DNA of 64,000 bases, taken from Candidatus Latescibacterota bacterium. GTDB lineage: Bacteria; Latescibacterota; UBA2968. Shown here one piece after another: positions 35,404-46,132 of the stretch. The stretch covers positions 224,001 to 288,000 of the forward strand of contig OZ241986.1 in NCBI GenBank assembly GCA_965204375.1, given 5' to 3'. Made by a program: the position numbers and the translations under genes. The notes under the pieces were generated by a model that saw only the letters and a program-made list of their open reading frames with translations, searched no databases and was not told the DNA's origin. Each line of letters starts with the position of its first letter. Within the stretch, counting starts at the first letter, position 1.

Positions 35404-36570
35404 TCAATACTTTTTTATTAACGCGACCGCCTGTGCTGCTATGCCTTCTTCGCGTCCGACAAAACCCATGTATTCGGTTGTGGTTGCTTTTACCGATATG
35501 AGATCAACCGACACTTCCAATGCGCGTGCCATGTTTTCGCGCATTTGTTCAATATACGGCGATAACTTTGGGCGTTGCGCCATCACGGTTGCATCCACAT
35601 TGAGTACCTGTGAGGACGATTCTTTCAGAATGTGGGCCACGCGTACCAGCAATGTGAGACTCGAAATATCTTTGTACGCGGCGTCTGTATCGGGAAAGAG
35701 CTGACCAATGTCGCCAGCACCCAGCGCGCCCAATAGGGCATCGATGACGACATGGGTCAATACATCTGCATCCGAGTGACCCTGTAGCCCTTTTTCGTGG
35801 GGAATGTGTACGCCACCCAAAATCAGCGCACGGTTCTTCACAAGTTGATGCGCGTCATAGCCCTGACCAATTCGCAATGTCGGTGTCACTTCGCCTCGTT
35901 GTTCTAAAATGTGCAAACCCATGTCGAGGTCTTCTATCGATGTAATTTTGATATTGTCCGCTCGCCCGGGCACAAGGGTTACAGCCTCGCCCAAACGCTC
36001 TACCAGAACCGTATCATCTGTGCCCAGATATCCCGATTCGCGCGCGGCACGATGGGCGCGAAAGATCACATCGCGGCGAAACGCCTGGGGCGTTTGCACG
36101 GCTCGCAATGTCGATCTGTCCAGGGTTTTTGCGACCTGGTCATCCTGCACGCGTTTTATCGTATCTGTTACTGGTGTGCCCAAAACAGCGGCACCGCGTT
36201 CAGCGGCTGCCAGAACTACGGCATTGATCTCTTCGGGCGTTACATAAGCTCGTGCGCCATCGTGGATAGCAACTACGTCGGCATCTTGCGGTATTGCTTG
36301 TAGCCCACAAGCCACGGAATCCTGCCGTTCTGCACCGCCAGCGATCACTTCGACGACTTTGGAAAATTTTTTCTTTCCGAATTGTTCTCGACAAGTGTTG
36401 ATGTCTTCACGCCCCACGACCAGCACAACGCGGTCAATGCGGTCTGCGCGTTCAAATGCGGTCAATGTCCAGGCCAATACGGGACGTCCGGCAAGGTCGA
36501 GAAATTGCTTTGGGATATGCGTGCCCATGCGCTTTCCCGACCCAGCGGCGAGAATGATGGCGTAGTTCAT
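35404..36570 (-). CDS. ispDF: Bifunctional IspD/IspF (MEP pathway)
   Basis: 'LAAGSGKRM....PKQF', 'GGAERQDSV', 'IHDGAR', 'VQTPQ', then 'RIGQGYDAH', 'GHSDADV', 'GDIG..FPD', 'KATTTE'. Confidence 0.95.
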   Translation of the reverse strand: MNYAIILAAGSGKRMGTHIPKQFLDLAGRPVLAWTLTAFERADRIDRVVLVVGREDINTCREQFGKKKFSKVVEVIAGGAERQDSVACGLQAIPQDADVVAIHDGARAYVTPEEINAVVLAAAERGAAVLGTPVTDTIKRVQDDQVAKTLDRSTLRAVQTPQAFRRDVIFRAHRAARESGYLGTDDTVLVERLGEAVTLVPGRADNIKITSIEDLDMGLHILEQRGEVTPTLRIGQGYDAHQLVKNRALILGGVHIPHEKGLQGHSDADVLTHVVIDALLGALGAGDIGQLFPDTDAAYKDISSLTLLVRVAHILKESSSQVLNVDATVMAQRPKLSPYIEQMRENMARALEVSVDLISVKATTTEYMGFVGREEGIAAQAVALIKKY

Positions 36571-36579
36571 GGTTTGCGC

Positions 36580-37761
36580 TTATGTGTTATACTGATCCTG
36601 TTCCCGTTTGGCCCAGTCGGCATTGACAAACATGTTCAGGCCGGGATCGGCGTATATGCCGTCTATTTTGTCGCCGTCGTGCTGTCGCAAGAAATCGATG
36701 TCGATCTCTACACCCCAGCCCGGGCCTCCGGGCAATTCGAAATGACCATCTACGACTTCGGGGTATGGCGTTCCCGCGCGTTTGACGTGCTCATCTGCAA
36801 AGTCATTAAAATGTTCGAGCACTTTGCCATTGCGGAGGGTTGCCATCAGGTGAAGGGTCGCAACGGTGGTGATGATACCGCCGACATTGTGCGGCGCGAC
36901 CATCACGTTATAGGTTTCAGCCGTTGAGGCAATTTTCTTGGTTTCCAATAGGCCGCCACACTGGTTTAAATCCGGCTGGATAATATCCACGACCCGCATG
37001 GGGAACAGGTCTCTAAATTCCGCGGCTTTGTAAAGCCGTTCTCCGGTCGCAATTGGGATGGGTGTATGTTGCGCCACTTTGGTCAATGCGCCCAAATCTT
37101 CCGGACGCGTCGGTTCTTCAATCCATCCCGGGCGCAGGTGTTCAATTGCTTTGGCGATTTCGATGGCTTGATGGGACGCGAACCGACCGTGCATTTCCAC
37201 AAATATTTGTACGCGATCACCCACGACGGAATGTACGGCTTCGATCAATTCAACAGATTTAAAAAATTCGTCGCGCGTCAGTTCCAGGTTGCCATTGCCA
37301 AACGGATCGAATTTAAGACCGATATATCCGCGGTCGATTACTTTTTGAGCTGCTCTGGCAAATTCTTCTGGCGAACGCTCCACTGTGTACCAACCATTTG
37401 CATAAGCGGGCACGCGTTCAATGGTTTTGCCGCCGATCAGATTGTACACGGGCTGATTGGTCAATTTGCCAATGCAATCCCAGCACGCCATCTCTACGAG
37501 TGCCAGCCCCGTCATTACAACTTCACCGGGCACACCGAAATCGTGGAGTGTGAATCGGCAATACAGGTCCTCTATATCGTACACACTGTGCCCGATGAAA
37601 TGACGCCTGGTATCTTTCAGAAATTCCAGCACGGTATGTGTTTTGCCCAGGACGCGCGCTTCGCCAACCCCGCGCGTGCCGTCTTCCAATTCGATAAATA
37701 CATACGTCAAATTGCGCCAGGGCGTTCCCAGCACATAAGTTTCGTAATTTTTGATTTTCAA
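36580..37761 (-). CDS. Mandelate racemase/muconate lactonising family enzyme (galactonate dehydratase-like)
   Basis: 'WDC.GK...QPVY.L.GG', 'YANGW', 'KFDPFG', 'EMHGR', 'WIEEP', 'ATGER', 'IQPD', 'APHN'. Confidence 0.88.
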   Translation of the reverse strand: MKIKNYETYVLGTPWRNLTYVFIELEDGTRGVGEARVLGKTHTVLEFLKDTRRHFIGHSVYDIEDLYCRFTLHDFGVPGEVVMTGLALVEMACWDCIGKLTNQPVYNLIGGKTIERVPAYANGWYTVERSPEEFARAAQKVIDRGYIGLKFDPFGNGNLELTRDEFFKSVELIEAVHSVVGDRVQIFVEMHGRFASHQAIEIAKAIEHLRPGWIEEPTRPEDLGALTKVAQHTPIPIATGERLYKAAEFRDLFPMRVVDIIQPDLNQCGGLLETKKIASTAETYNVMVAPHNVGGIITTVATLHLMATLRNGKVLEHFNDFADEHVKRAGTPYPEVVDGHFELPGGPGWGVEIDIDFLRQHDGDKIDGIYADPGLNMFVNADWAKREQDQYNT

Positions 37762-37778
37762 GGGGTGCTCCTTTTTCG

Positions 37779-38816
37779 CTATAATATCATCATTGCATCG
37801 CCATAACTGTAGAACCGATAGGCTTGGCGCACGGCTTCCCGATATGCTCGCATCGCAAAATCGCGCCCCATGAATGCGGCGACAAGCATGAGCAAAGTGG
37901 ATTCTGGCAGATGGAAATTGGTGATTAGACCATCTACCAATCGAAAATTGTAGGGCGGATAGATAAATCTATGTGTCCAGTCCGAGCCGGATTTTAGTTG
38001 CCAATTCGATCCGATTTTCACTGCTGCGGACTCAAGTGTTCGCACCGATGTCGTTCCCACTGCTATGATGCGCCCGCCATTTGCCCGGCATCGATTGACG
38101 GTTTCTGCGGCGCTTTCATCGATTTTCCAAAATTCCGCACCCATTTTGTGATCGCGTATATCGTCTGCTTTCACTGGTTTGAATGTGCCGGGTCCTACAT
38201 GTAGCAGGATTCGCGCTAAACCTATGCCCAATGCTTCAATTTTTGTCAACAGGTCGGGGGTAAAATGAAGCCCTGCGGTGGGAGCGGCGACCGATCCGCG
38301 CACGCGCGCATAGACTGTCTGATACCGCTCTTTGTCAGAGGCGCGATCTTCCCGCCGAATATAGGGCGGCAATGGCACATGGCCATGCGTTTTCAGCAGT
38401 TCATCCAGCGATCCTTTGCCTTCAAATCGCACGCGGCGGTTGCCCGAATCCAGTACATCCTCGACAATGGCAATGAGGTCTGATCCTTCAAAAGCAATTT
38501 GAGCACCAATTCGCAATCGCCGTCCGGGCCGTGCCATTGCTTCCCAGCTATTGCCATTGGGATGCAGGAGCAAAAGTTCTACTGCGCCTCTGGTGATTGG
38601 CCGGTATCCTTTTAACCGCGCGGGAAATACCCGCGTTTCGTTTAATACCAGACAATCGCCTGTGCTCAAAAAGTTGGGCAATTCTCGAAATGTTCGATGT
38701 GCAATCTCGCGGTGCGTGCGATTTGCCACCATCAAGCGCGACTCATCGCGCTCAGCCGTTGGGTATTGTGCGATCAGGTGATTGGGTAATTCGTAATAAA
38801 AATCGGAACGCTTCAC
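37779..38816 (-). CDS. queA: S-adenosylmethionine:tRNA ribosyltransferase-isomerase
   Basis: 'DFYYELP..LIAQYP', 'PLPPYI', 'YQTVYA', 'AAPTAGLHF', 'HVGPGTF', 'TNFHLP', 'YRFYSYGDAM'; GTG start at 38816 assumed. Confidence 0.95.
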   Translation of the reverse strand: MKRSDFYYELPNHLIAQYPTAERDESRLMVANRTHREIAHRTFRELPNFLSTGDCLVLNETRVFPARLKGYRPITRGAVELLLLHPNGNSWEAMARPGRRLRIGAQIAFEGSDLIAIVEDVLDSGNRRVRFEGKGSLDELLKTHGHVPLPPYIRREDRASDKERYQTVYARVRGSVAAPTAGLHFTPDLLTKIEALGIGLARILLHVGPGTFKPVKADDIRDHKMGAEFWKIDESAAETVNRCRANGGRIIAVGTTSVRTLESAAVKIGSNWQLKSGSDWTHRFIYPPYNFRLVDGLITNFHLPESTLLMLVAAFMGRDFAMRAYREAVRQAYRFYSYGDAMMIL

Positions 38817-38854
38817 TGGACGAGTTTTTAAAAAGTGAGAATGTGGCAATCGTA

Positions 38855-39634
38855 TCATTCAAAGAGCGATGGGAAGTGACGATGGGGTTCTGCTGGCTCT
38901 CTGAAGAGAATCTGCTGACGCGGTGTCAGTTCTGTGTTGGTTGGCGGTTGTACACGATTGGGTCTCCAGGCTGTGTGCGCTACGCAGTATTTGTAGAGGA
39001 GAGAGCGGCGTTCGTGTTTGCCGTACCAGGCCGATGTCCCGTGCGTTAGCGCTTCGGTAAATAAAATAGCGGAGCCAGCAGGTGCATGTGGAATGATTAT
39101 AAGGGGCGATTTTTCGGGGGCATCGAATATCTTTTTGGGCAATCGGTAGTTGCTTTTGTGGCTACCGGGAATGCAGCAGAATCCCCCGTGGTCTGGCCCT
39201 GCGTCTGTGAGGCTCCACGCGACAACCATAAAGCCATCGGTGATCTCGTGTTTTGGAAAATTAAAGTATTTGCCCGGCACCGATCCAGAAATGGGCGACA
39301 TGGCGCCGTAGTCTGCGTGCAGACGCCCTCTTCCCATGCCCGCTTTCATGTACATGCCATAGAGGCGATCAAGGCGAAAGCAGTCGCCCAGTCGGAAGCG
39401 CAATATGGACATAATTTGAGGGTGATCGAGGAGGTCGCAAAAGGGTTTTCCCCATTGCAGAAAGCCCGGTCCGTCTGGCGCGCTTCCAAATCGCTGCGTT
39501 TTGCCCGGTGAGGGCAGTTTTTGTCGGTCAAATAGTTCATTGAGTGTTGCTACTTCGTCCGGGCTTAAGACATTTTCAACGACGAGATAGCCCTGCAAGT
39601 CGAGCAGGTACTGTTGTATTTCAAGGTCTTCCAT
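38855..39634 (-). CDS. Phytanoyl-CoA dioxygenase (PhyH) family protein
   Basis: 'DLQGYLVVENVL', 'LHAD', 'PGSHK', 'FTEALTHG', 'RRSLLYKY'. Confidence 0.85.
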   Translation of the reverse strand: MEDLEIQQYLLDLQGYLVVENVLSPDEVATLNELFDRQKLPSPGKTQRFGSAPDGPGFLQWGKPFCDLLDHPQIMSILRFRLGDCFRLDRLYGMYMKAGMGRGRLHADYGAMSPISGSVPGKYFNFPKHEITDGFMVVAWSLTDAGPDHGGFCCIPGSHKSNYRLPKKIFDAPEKSPLIIIPHAPAGSAILFTEALTHGTSAWYGKHERRSLLYKYCVAHTAWRPNRVQPPTNTELTPRQQILFREPAEPHRHFPSLFE

Positions 39635-39893
39635 AATGTTCTCCTGTTGTTTTTAGATGATATGATGTATTAAAATCCCGTGTGGATTGCTCGTCAAAGT
39701 GTCCTGCCGTATTTATTGGGTTTCGACTTTGGACTATATTAGATTTCGACTTTGGGCGCAAGGAGAAAGACCAGCAAATGGTCAGTTGCAAAATCAGGTC
39801 GGTGGTATTATATTTTGCCGTGCCTTATTATTTTACGCAAAGAAACGGTGTGTATCACGCCGTTTCTTTTTTTCCAAATAACAGGAGTGTGCT

Positions 39894-40934
39894 ATGGCAG
39901 TTAAAACGTGTCTTATGGTGGGCGGTGGTGGTATGGCAGGGGGCTGGATCAATCGCATGACGCAAAAATTTGGCGATCGCATCAAAATTATCGGTCTCGT
40001 CGATGTCAATCGGGATGTGCTGGATCGTCAGGCGCAGGCACTCGGTCTGTCTAATGATCAACTTTTTACCTCGTATGAAGATGCTGTGTCCGCTGTCAAA
40101 GCCGATTTTTGTGGTGTGGCAACACCGCCGCCGTTTCACGCGCCGGCAACTGTTGCCGCGCTTGAGGCGGGCATGCCTGTGATATCTGAGAAGCCAATTG
40201 CAGATACTCTCGATGCAGCTAAAGACATGGTTCGCGCTGCTCAAAAGACGGGTTTACCTTGCGCCATTATTCAAAATTATCGCTATGCCCGCAACAAACA
40301 GGAACTCGTTCGCATCCGCAATGAGGGCCGCCTCGGTCGGCTGCAGCATATTGTTGGGTGCTATGCCTGCGATTATCGGGAATTTGAATCTTGGGGCAAA
40401 GCCTGGCGGCATACGATGGAGTTTGGTCTTCTCTTTGAAGGTTCGGTGCATCATTTTGACATGTTGCGCTTTCTTTCGGGTGGCGATCCCGATACGCTTA
40501 TGGGATTTGGCTGGAATCCCGAATGGTCGAGCTTTGATCACCATTCGAGCGGGATGTATCTCGTGAATATGGACAATGGCACGCATACGTTTTACGAGGG
40601 TAACAGCTCGGCGGCGGGTATTACCAACTGCTGGCATCGGGAACACTATCGCGCTGAATTTGAAGAGGGGACGGTCGAAATTTCTGAAGGTGCTACCGTG
40701 ACGATTCACCGCGTTGGACAAGAGCCAGAAGTTTATGAAGCACCTGAAATTGAATGGGAAGGTCACGATCATCTTTTCGATGAGTTTCTCAATTGGCTCG
40801 ACGGGGGACCGCCTTCAGAGACGCGCATTGAAAAAAATATTATCTCGTATGCGATGGTCATCGCCGCAATGGAGACGACGCTGGATGGGCAGCCGAAGAA
40901 AATCGCAGATTATGTTGCAGATCTCGATTTGTAA
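39894..40934 (+). CDS. Gfo/Idh/MocA family oxidoreductase
   Basis: 'GGGGMA', 'TPP..H', 'EKP', 'QNYRY', 'HHFD'. Confidence 0.9.
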   Translation: MAVKTCLMVGGGGMAGGWINRMTQKFGDRIKIIGLVDVNRDVLDRQAQALGLSNDQLFTSYEDAVSAVKADFCGVATPPPFHAPATVAALEAGMPVISEKPIADTLDAAKDMVRAAQKTGLPCAIIQNYRYARNKQELVRIRNEGRLGRLQHIVGCYACDYREFESWGKAWRHTMEFGLLFEGSVHHFDMLRFLSGGDPDTLMGFGWNPEWSSFDHHSSGMYLVNMDNGTHTFYEGNSSAAGITNCWHREHYRAEFEEGTVEISEGATVTIHRVGQEPEVYEAPEIEWEGHDHLFDEFLNWLDGGPPSETRIEKNIISYAMVIAAMETTLDGQPKKIADYVADLDL

Positions 40935-40950
40935 CCTGATTACCAAATTT

Positions 40951-40986
40951 AAAAAAGCCCTCCGTAGCACTGCTGCGGGGGGCTTT
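40951..40986. terminator. Intrinsic terminator between convergent genes
   Basis: aaaaaagccctccgtagca/tgctgcggggggcttt hairpin. Confidence 0.7.
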
Positions 40987-41006
40987 GAGTTGGTCGTTTC
41001 CACCTA

Positions 41007-41819
41007 TTAGCAACACCCTATGCTCGACAGGATTCCCCTGATATATCCCAGTGTGAATGCGAGGTCGCGGTCGATACCCTCAGGCGTTTTAGAGCCGACG
41101 CATTCTACGTAGAGAGGACCTGCGAATCCCCCGCCGGTTAGTCCGGATAAGATGCGGTGAAAATCAACTTCGCCATCTCCTGCTGTGGTTTGCACATTGG
41201 GGTTGTTATCGGAGTCCAATGCACAATCTTTTATAATCGCTGTTGAGGTGTATTTTGCAATATCATCCACTTCCTGCTCTGGGCGCACTTCGCCGCGCGT
41301 GTAGTGAATGATGTTGCCCGGGTCATAGCTTACCGCAAATGCGGGGTGATTGATCTGGTGATACAGATCGATCAATTCCTTTGCTGTCAGGCTGATGCCC
41401 CCATGAGGCTTGAGGGAAATTCCCAGGTCTAAGGTTGCCGCGTGTTCAGAGGCACGGCGCATGACTTCGGGATAGATGCCGTAATATTCTTTTTTGCCCG
41501 TTCCCAATTCCAATATCCACTTTGCGCCGAGTTCGGCGGCGTTGTCCAGCAATTTTTTATATGCATCCGCTGCGCCATCCACGCCGAGTTCCAACAGTGC
41601 TCTGCCGAGCAACATGGATGGATTGACGCCTGCCTGAGCAGCGGCTTTTTTGGTGGCTGCGATTTGCGCGGCACTGCTTTCTGTATTTACGGGTATAACC
41701 CCATCGTGTGCAAATACAGCTACGTCTGTGTATCCCGCGCTTGCGATGTGTTCACACGCCTCTGCAAATGACAGGGCGTTGAGAGGCCGCGTTGTGCTGC
41801 CAATGACCAGTTCCATCAT
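41007..41819 (-). CDS. Sugar phosphate isomerase/epimerase (xylose isomerase-like TIM barrel)
   Basis: 'LKPHGG', 'YDPGN', 'IKD', 'GDGEVDF', 'G...VE'. Confidence 0.8.
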   Translation of the reverse strand: MMELVIGSTTRPLNALSFAEACEHIASAGYTDVAVFAHDGVIPVNTESSAAQIAATKKAAAQAGVNPSMLLGRALLELGVDGAADAYKKLLDNAAELGAKWILELGTGKKEYYGIYPEVMRRASEHAATLDLGISLKPHGGISLTAKELIDLYHQINHPAFAVSYDPGNIIHYTRGEVRPEQEVDDIAKYTSTAIIKDCALDSDNNPNVQTTAGDGEVDFHRILSGLTGGGFAGPLYVECVGSKTPEGIDRDLAFTLGYIRGILSSIGCC

Positions 41820-41848
41820 TTACTCCTTCCTTATTTTATCTGGATTGT

Positions 41849-42649
41849 TTACCCGTGGTTGTTAAGGTCTTTCCCGCAATGCGGGCATTTATTGTCGCGA
41901 TGAGATTCCTGCATGGCTTCGACAAATCCAGAACTCAAGATGCCAGCGGGTAAGGCAAACATCCCGACGCCGAGTACGGCAATTATTGCCCCTAAAAATT
42001 TGCCCAATGGCGTTATGGGAAAGACATCGCCGTAGCCCACGGTTGTCAGCGTTACAATTCCCCACCACATGGTTGTTGGAATGCTTGCAAATGCTTCGGG
42101 TTGTGCATGGTGTTCGACAAAATACATCAAGCTGGATACAATGACCAATAAAAGTGTTAGTGCAAATGCCACGATATAGAGTTCTCGGCGTTTTTGCCAT
42201 ATTACCCGGCCAAACATTTGCATTGAATGCGAATAGCGGCCCACTTTGAGCAGGCGAAATAACCGCAACAAGCGCAGGGGTAGCGTGTAATCGGGCGGTA
42301 TTGTGACGAGCAAGAAGACGTAATAGGGAAAAATGGCGATGAAATCAATTAGTGCCAGAGGGGTCAGCATAAACGCCAACCGCCCCGTCAGGGGACGCGC
42401 GAATTTTGTATCTGCGGTGCAACACCAGATACGCAGCATGTATTCAACGGTGAAGATCAGTACGCATACAGTTTCAAAAAGCCCGATAAATTTGCCATAA
42501 GCCTCATTAATTCCCTCGACGGTTTCGAGTATGACCATTGTCACATTCAGGACGATGAGGGTGATTATAAAAAGATCTACGACGCGGCTCAGCCGATCCC
42601 CTTCTTCGGCTTTTTCCAGGATTGCGTACAAGTGTGTTTTTGCGGTCAT
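41849..42649 (-). CDS. 6-TM voltage-gated-type potassium channel
   Basis: S4 'LRLLRLFRLLKVGRY'; selectivity filter TTVGYGD; C-terminal CPHCG. Confidence 0.92.
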   Translation of the reverse strand: MTAKTHLYAILEKAEEGDRLSRVVDLFIITLIVLNVTMVILETVEGINEAYGKFIGLFETVCVLIFTVEYMLRIWCCTADTKFARPLTGRLAFMLTPLALIDFIAIFPYYVFLLVTIPPDYTLPLRLLRLFRLLKVGRYSHSMQMFGRVIWQKRRELYIVAFALTLLLVIVSSLMYFVEHHAQPEAFASIPTTMWWGIVTLTTVGYGDVFPITPLGKFLGAIIAVLGVGMFALPAGILSSGFVEAMQESHRDNKCPHCGKDLNNHG

Positions 42650-42773
42650 CGCGTTTACCTCCCGCTTGAAAATAGAATTGTTTTGTGCTCTTTACAAGCG
42701 AATATTAAAGGAAAGGGAGAGAAAAAAGAAGACAGCGAATAATTTGAGTTGTCTCTCAGCACAGGAGGTTTAT

Positions 42774-44717
42774 TTGTTCGATCTTTTTAAAAATCCAATT
42801 GTCCGAGTTATTTTTTCGCTTATTCTTGCGGTGATTCTGGTGGGTGTTTTGCCGGGGAATCGGGACCGCGTTTTATACGAGCAACTGTTGAGCGCGATTC
42901 CCAAATTGGCAGAACAGTTTGGCGATTATCCGTGGATGCTATCGCCAGATGCGGATCGCGTGTTGCAAAAGGCTTTTTCCGAAGCGCAAAGCCGCCGGCC
43001 TGATGCGGCTTCTGAGGGCGAAGGAATTGTATTTCGCGGCGCGGCAACTTCCACGGGTTATCATCTCGTTGCTGGGTGGGGTTCTAATGAACGGGGAGAA
43101 ATTTTGTCGCCTGTTACGGCGTGGAGTCTTTTCCCACCTGTTGCTGCGATTCTGGTGGCTATTATTAGCGGGCGTCTTATTCTGGGGCTTTCGCTTTCTA
43201 TTCTCGCGGGGGGATTTCTCGCGTCGCTGGGTGAACCGCTTTATTATTTGCCGGTTGTTGCGCTGCAAAAATCCCTGATTGGCTATGTTTGGACGCCTTT
43301 GGAAAGTTCGTTTCAGCTCTATATTCTCGCGTTTACTGCAGGGCTTATTGGTATGGTGCGCGTTACCACGCTTTCGGGTGGCAATCGCGGTATTGCCAAT
43401 GTGCTTTCCCGACGTGCCGAAGGCGCGCGCTCAACGCGGCTGGCGGCATTTTTTATGGGGCTTGCCATTTTTTTTGATGACTATGCCAATTCTATTGTGG
43501 TTGGCTCTACGTTGCGCCCGATAGCGGATCGGTTCAGGGTATCGCGGGAAAAACTCGCGTATATTGTCGATTCAACTGCCGCTCCTATTGCGGGTATTGC
43601 GATTATCAGTACGTGGATTGGATACGAAGTTAGCCTTTTTCAGGATTTAATGACGGATCTCAAGACCGGGTTGTCGGGATACCAGCTTTTTTTTAATGCT
43701 CTGCCTTTGCGTTTCTATTGTTTGCTTACGCTTACTTTTGTGTTGCTTTCTGCTTATCTGCGCCGCGATTACGGGCCTATGCTCGCCGCAGAACGCCGCG
43801 CACAAACAACGGGTCAGGTGATGCGCCCTGGCGCGACGCCAATGACGGGTCGCGCACAGGACGAAATTGGTCCTGTTGAGGGCGTCCGTCCCGTGTGGTG
43901 GGCGGCTGTTTTTCCCGTGCTTCTCGTTATTGTGTGCGTCATTGGGGGGATGGCTTTTGATACGTGGAATCACGAGAGGGTGCTGGCTGCGCGGCGGGAT
44001 TATGGCTTGATGAGTAGCGCGTTTTGGAGTGCGTGTTTTTCAAATGCCAATACCGCCCAGGTACTTTTTGTGGCGGCGATGCTCGGTTCCGCACTCGCGA
44101 TTGCGATAGCTATTACGCGCAGGCATGTTGAGACGGGTGCACGAGTTATTTCTGTGGGGAATGCTGTCTCGACATGGGCGCGCGGTATTGTCGGGGTGTG
44201 GTATGCGATTGTTATTCTGATTCTCGCATGGGCGATTAAAGAGGTCTGCGCAGATGCAGGTACGTCAACTTATCTCACCGCTGCACTGTCTCCGCTTATA
44301 TCTCCGGGGCTGCTGCCTTTGCTGATTTTTCTGCTCGCTGCTCTTGTTGCTTTTTCAATTGGCACGTCCTGGACGACTATGGCGATTCTCATTCCTACGG
44401 TTGTTCCGCTCGCACATGCGTTGGGGGGGCTGCCGCTGACGATCCTGGCAGCCGCGGCTGTGCTCGATGGAGCGATTTTTGGCGACCATTGCTCGCCTAT
44501 TAGCGATACTACGGTGATGGCGAGTATTGCATCGTCTTGTGACCACCTGGATCACGTTAAAACACAACTTCCCTACGCGCTGACGACGATGAGTGTCGCG
44601 GGCATTTTTGGCTATCTGGGGACGGCGCTGGTTTATCCGGGTTGGGTTGGTCTTATCTTTGGATTGATCACTATTCCAATAATTCTTCTCGCCATAGGTA
44701 AAAATCCGGATGAATAG
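42774..44717 (+). CDS. Na+/H+ antiporter NhaC family protein
   Basis: RBS AGGAGG then TTG 42774; 'FFDDYAN', 'SREKLAYIVDSTAAP', 'GTSW', 'FGDHCSPISDTT', 'HVKTQLPYA'. Confidence 0.88.
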   Translation: MFDLFKNPIVRVIFSLILAVILVGVLPGNRDRVLYEQLLSAIPKLAEQFGDYPWMLSPDADRVLQKAFSEAQSRRPDAASEGEGIVFRGAATSTGYHLVAGWGSNERGEILSPVTAWSLFPPVAAILVAIISGRLILGLSLSILAGGFLASLGEPLYYLPVVALQKSLIGYVWTPLESSFQLYILAFTAGLIGMVRVTTLSGGNRGIANVLSRRAEGARSTRLAAFFMGLAIFFDDYANSIVVGSTLRPIADRFRVSREKLAYIVDSTAAPIAGIAIISTWIGYEVSLFQDLMTDLKTGLSGYQLFFNALPLRFYCLLTLTFVLLSAYLRRDYGPMLAAERRAQTTGQVMRPGATPMTGRAQDEIGPVEGVRPVWWAAVFPVLLVIVCVIGGMAFDTWNHERVLAARRDYGLMSSAFWSACFSNANTAQVLFVAAMLGSALAIAIAITRRHVETGARVISVGNAVSTWARGIVGVWYAIVILILAWAIKEVCADAGTSTYLTAALSPLISPGLLPLLIFLLAALVAFSIGTSWTTMAILIPTVVPLAHALGGLPLTILAAAAVLDGAIFGDHCSPISDTTVMASIASSCDHLDHVKTQLPYALTTMSVAGIFGYLGTALVYPGWVGLIFGLITIPIILLAIGKNPDE

Positions 44718-44887
44718 TGGTTAGTAGTAAAAGGCGATAAGCACCAAGGTACGGGTAAAAAAGAAAAAAGATATCCGATTGGTCACACGACAGGGCGACG
44801 GTTTGAAAATATCCGATTGATTTTTCATAACAAATTCGTTTCTTTGTTCAAGAATTTAGTTTTGTGTACGGGCACGCCGAACGAGGA

Positions 44888-46132
44888 ATGGGTATGCTAT
44901 TTAATAGACTAAAGTTTTCGGGGCTTTTGTCCTTTGGGCCACAGGGGGTCGATTTGCCGATGGAACCGCTAAACGTCCTGATCGGCCCGAATGGTTCGGG
45001 CAAGTCCAACTTTCTGGAGGCAATTTCGTTGTTCCACGCCGCTCCACGCGGTATTGGAGAACCCATATCACGCATGGGCGGCGTCCGCGAATGGTTGTGG
45101 AAGGGTCCGGATGCATCGGATTCGATTACTTTGGAAGCTCTGGTTGACTTTCCGCTAAAGGGCCTGTTGCAGCATTCTCTGACTCTCACCGATCAGGGTG
45201 GGACCCCCGTGGTGGCTGACGAACGAGTCGAACCCACTGAAGTGCATTCCGACGAGCGCGATGGGCGGTCCTACTACCGCCCGCCTAAAGACAAACAGGC
45301 GGCGTTAGAGATGGCAAATGCCAACGCAGAGGCAATGTCGAAGCCTAAAAATGTAAATGTCGGTGAGTGGTCAGAACCTCTCTTGTTTGCTCGGTACCGC
45401 CCAGGTGCTATCGAGTTCGCGAGTGAGTTTGAACCGGGGCAGTCTTTACTGTCTCATTCTGCCCTACCGGATTATCGGGCACTTTGGCATCTAAAAGAGC
45501 AGTACACGCGCATTCGTCTTTACCGGAACTGGTCATTCGGACCTGGCGCGAATTTACGCCTACCCTGCAACGCACACGCCCGTAGCGATTTTTTGGATGA
45601 AGGTGCTGAGAACTTACCACTCGTGCTATCTCAACTACCTGGACAGCAGAAGAGGAGACTTCTGAGTGAGTTGGGCAAGCTATTTGATGGCATTGTCGAT
45701 GTGAGTTGTCCAGTAACGGGCGGCACGGTGGCGTTATTTCTCGAAGAAGAGGACGGACGCTATATTCCTGCCACTCGCCTCTCGGATGGGACGCTACGTT
45801 ACTTGAGTTTGTTGGCTGTCTTATTGCATCCCGAACCGCCGCCTCTGATTTGTATTGAGGAACCGGAATTGGGGTTGCACCCTGATCTGTTGCCCACGTT
45901 GAGCGACTTGATGTGCGAAGCGTCAAAGCGCAGTCAAGTGATCGTTACGACTCATTCTGATGTGCTTGTGGATGCGCTGACGGATAAACCAGAGAGCGTC
46001 GTAGTCTGCGAGAAACACAGTGGACAGACGGAGATGCGCCGTCTCGATAAGGAAGATTTGGCAAAGTGGTTAGAGAAATACAGACTGGGCGATCTTTGGA
46101 CTTCGGGTGAGTTGGGCGGAAATCGATGGTGA
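44888..46132 (+). CDS. AAA_21/ABC-type predicted ATPase
   Basis: Walker A 'GPNGSGKSN'; signature 'LSDGT'; Walker B 'IEEPELGLHP'; 'TTHS'; C-terminal 'LGDLW..GELGG'. Confidence 0.88.
   Translation: MGMLFNRLKFSGLLSFGPQGVDLPMEPLNVLIGPNGSGKSNFLEAISLFHAAPRGIGEPISRMGGVREWLWKGPDASDSITLEALVDFPLKGLLQHSLTLTDQGGTPVVADERVEPTEVHSDERDGRSYYRPPKDKQAALEMANANAEAMSKPKNVNVGEWSEPLLFARYRPGAIEFASEFEPGQSLLSHSALPDYRALWHLKEQYTRIRLYRNWSFGPGANLRLPCNAHARSDFLDEGAENLPLVLSQLPGQQKRRLLSELGKLFDGIVDVSCPVTGGTVALFLEEEDGRYIPATRLSDGTLRYLSLLAVLLHPEPPPLICIEEPELGLHPDLLPTLSDLMCEASKRSQVIVTTHSDVLVDALTDKPESVVVCEKHSGQTEMRRLDKEDLAKWLEKYRLGDLWTSGELGGNRW

Noticed and set aside
42531-42773. N-terminal extension of the NhaC ORF as given in the track (similarly 1757, 6799, 14820, 25751, 34686, 57903)
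   Set aside because: The extensions overlap neighbouring genes or repeats, or precede a better start; downstream starts have clearer RBS or signal peptides and were used instead.
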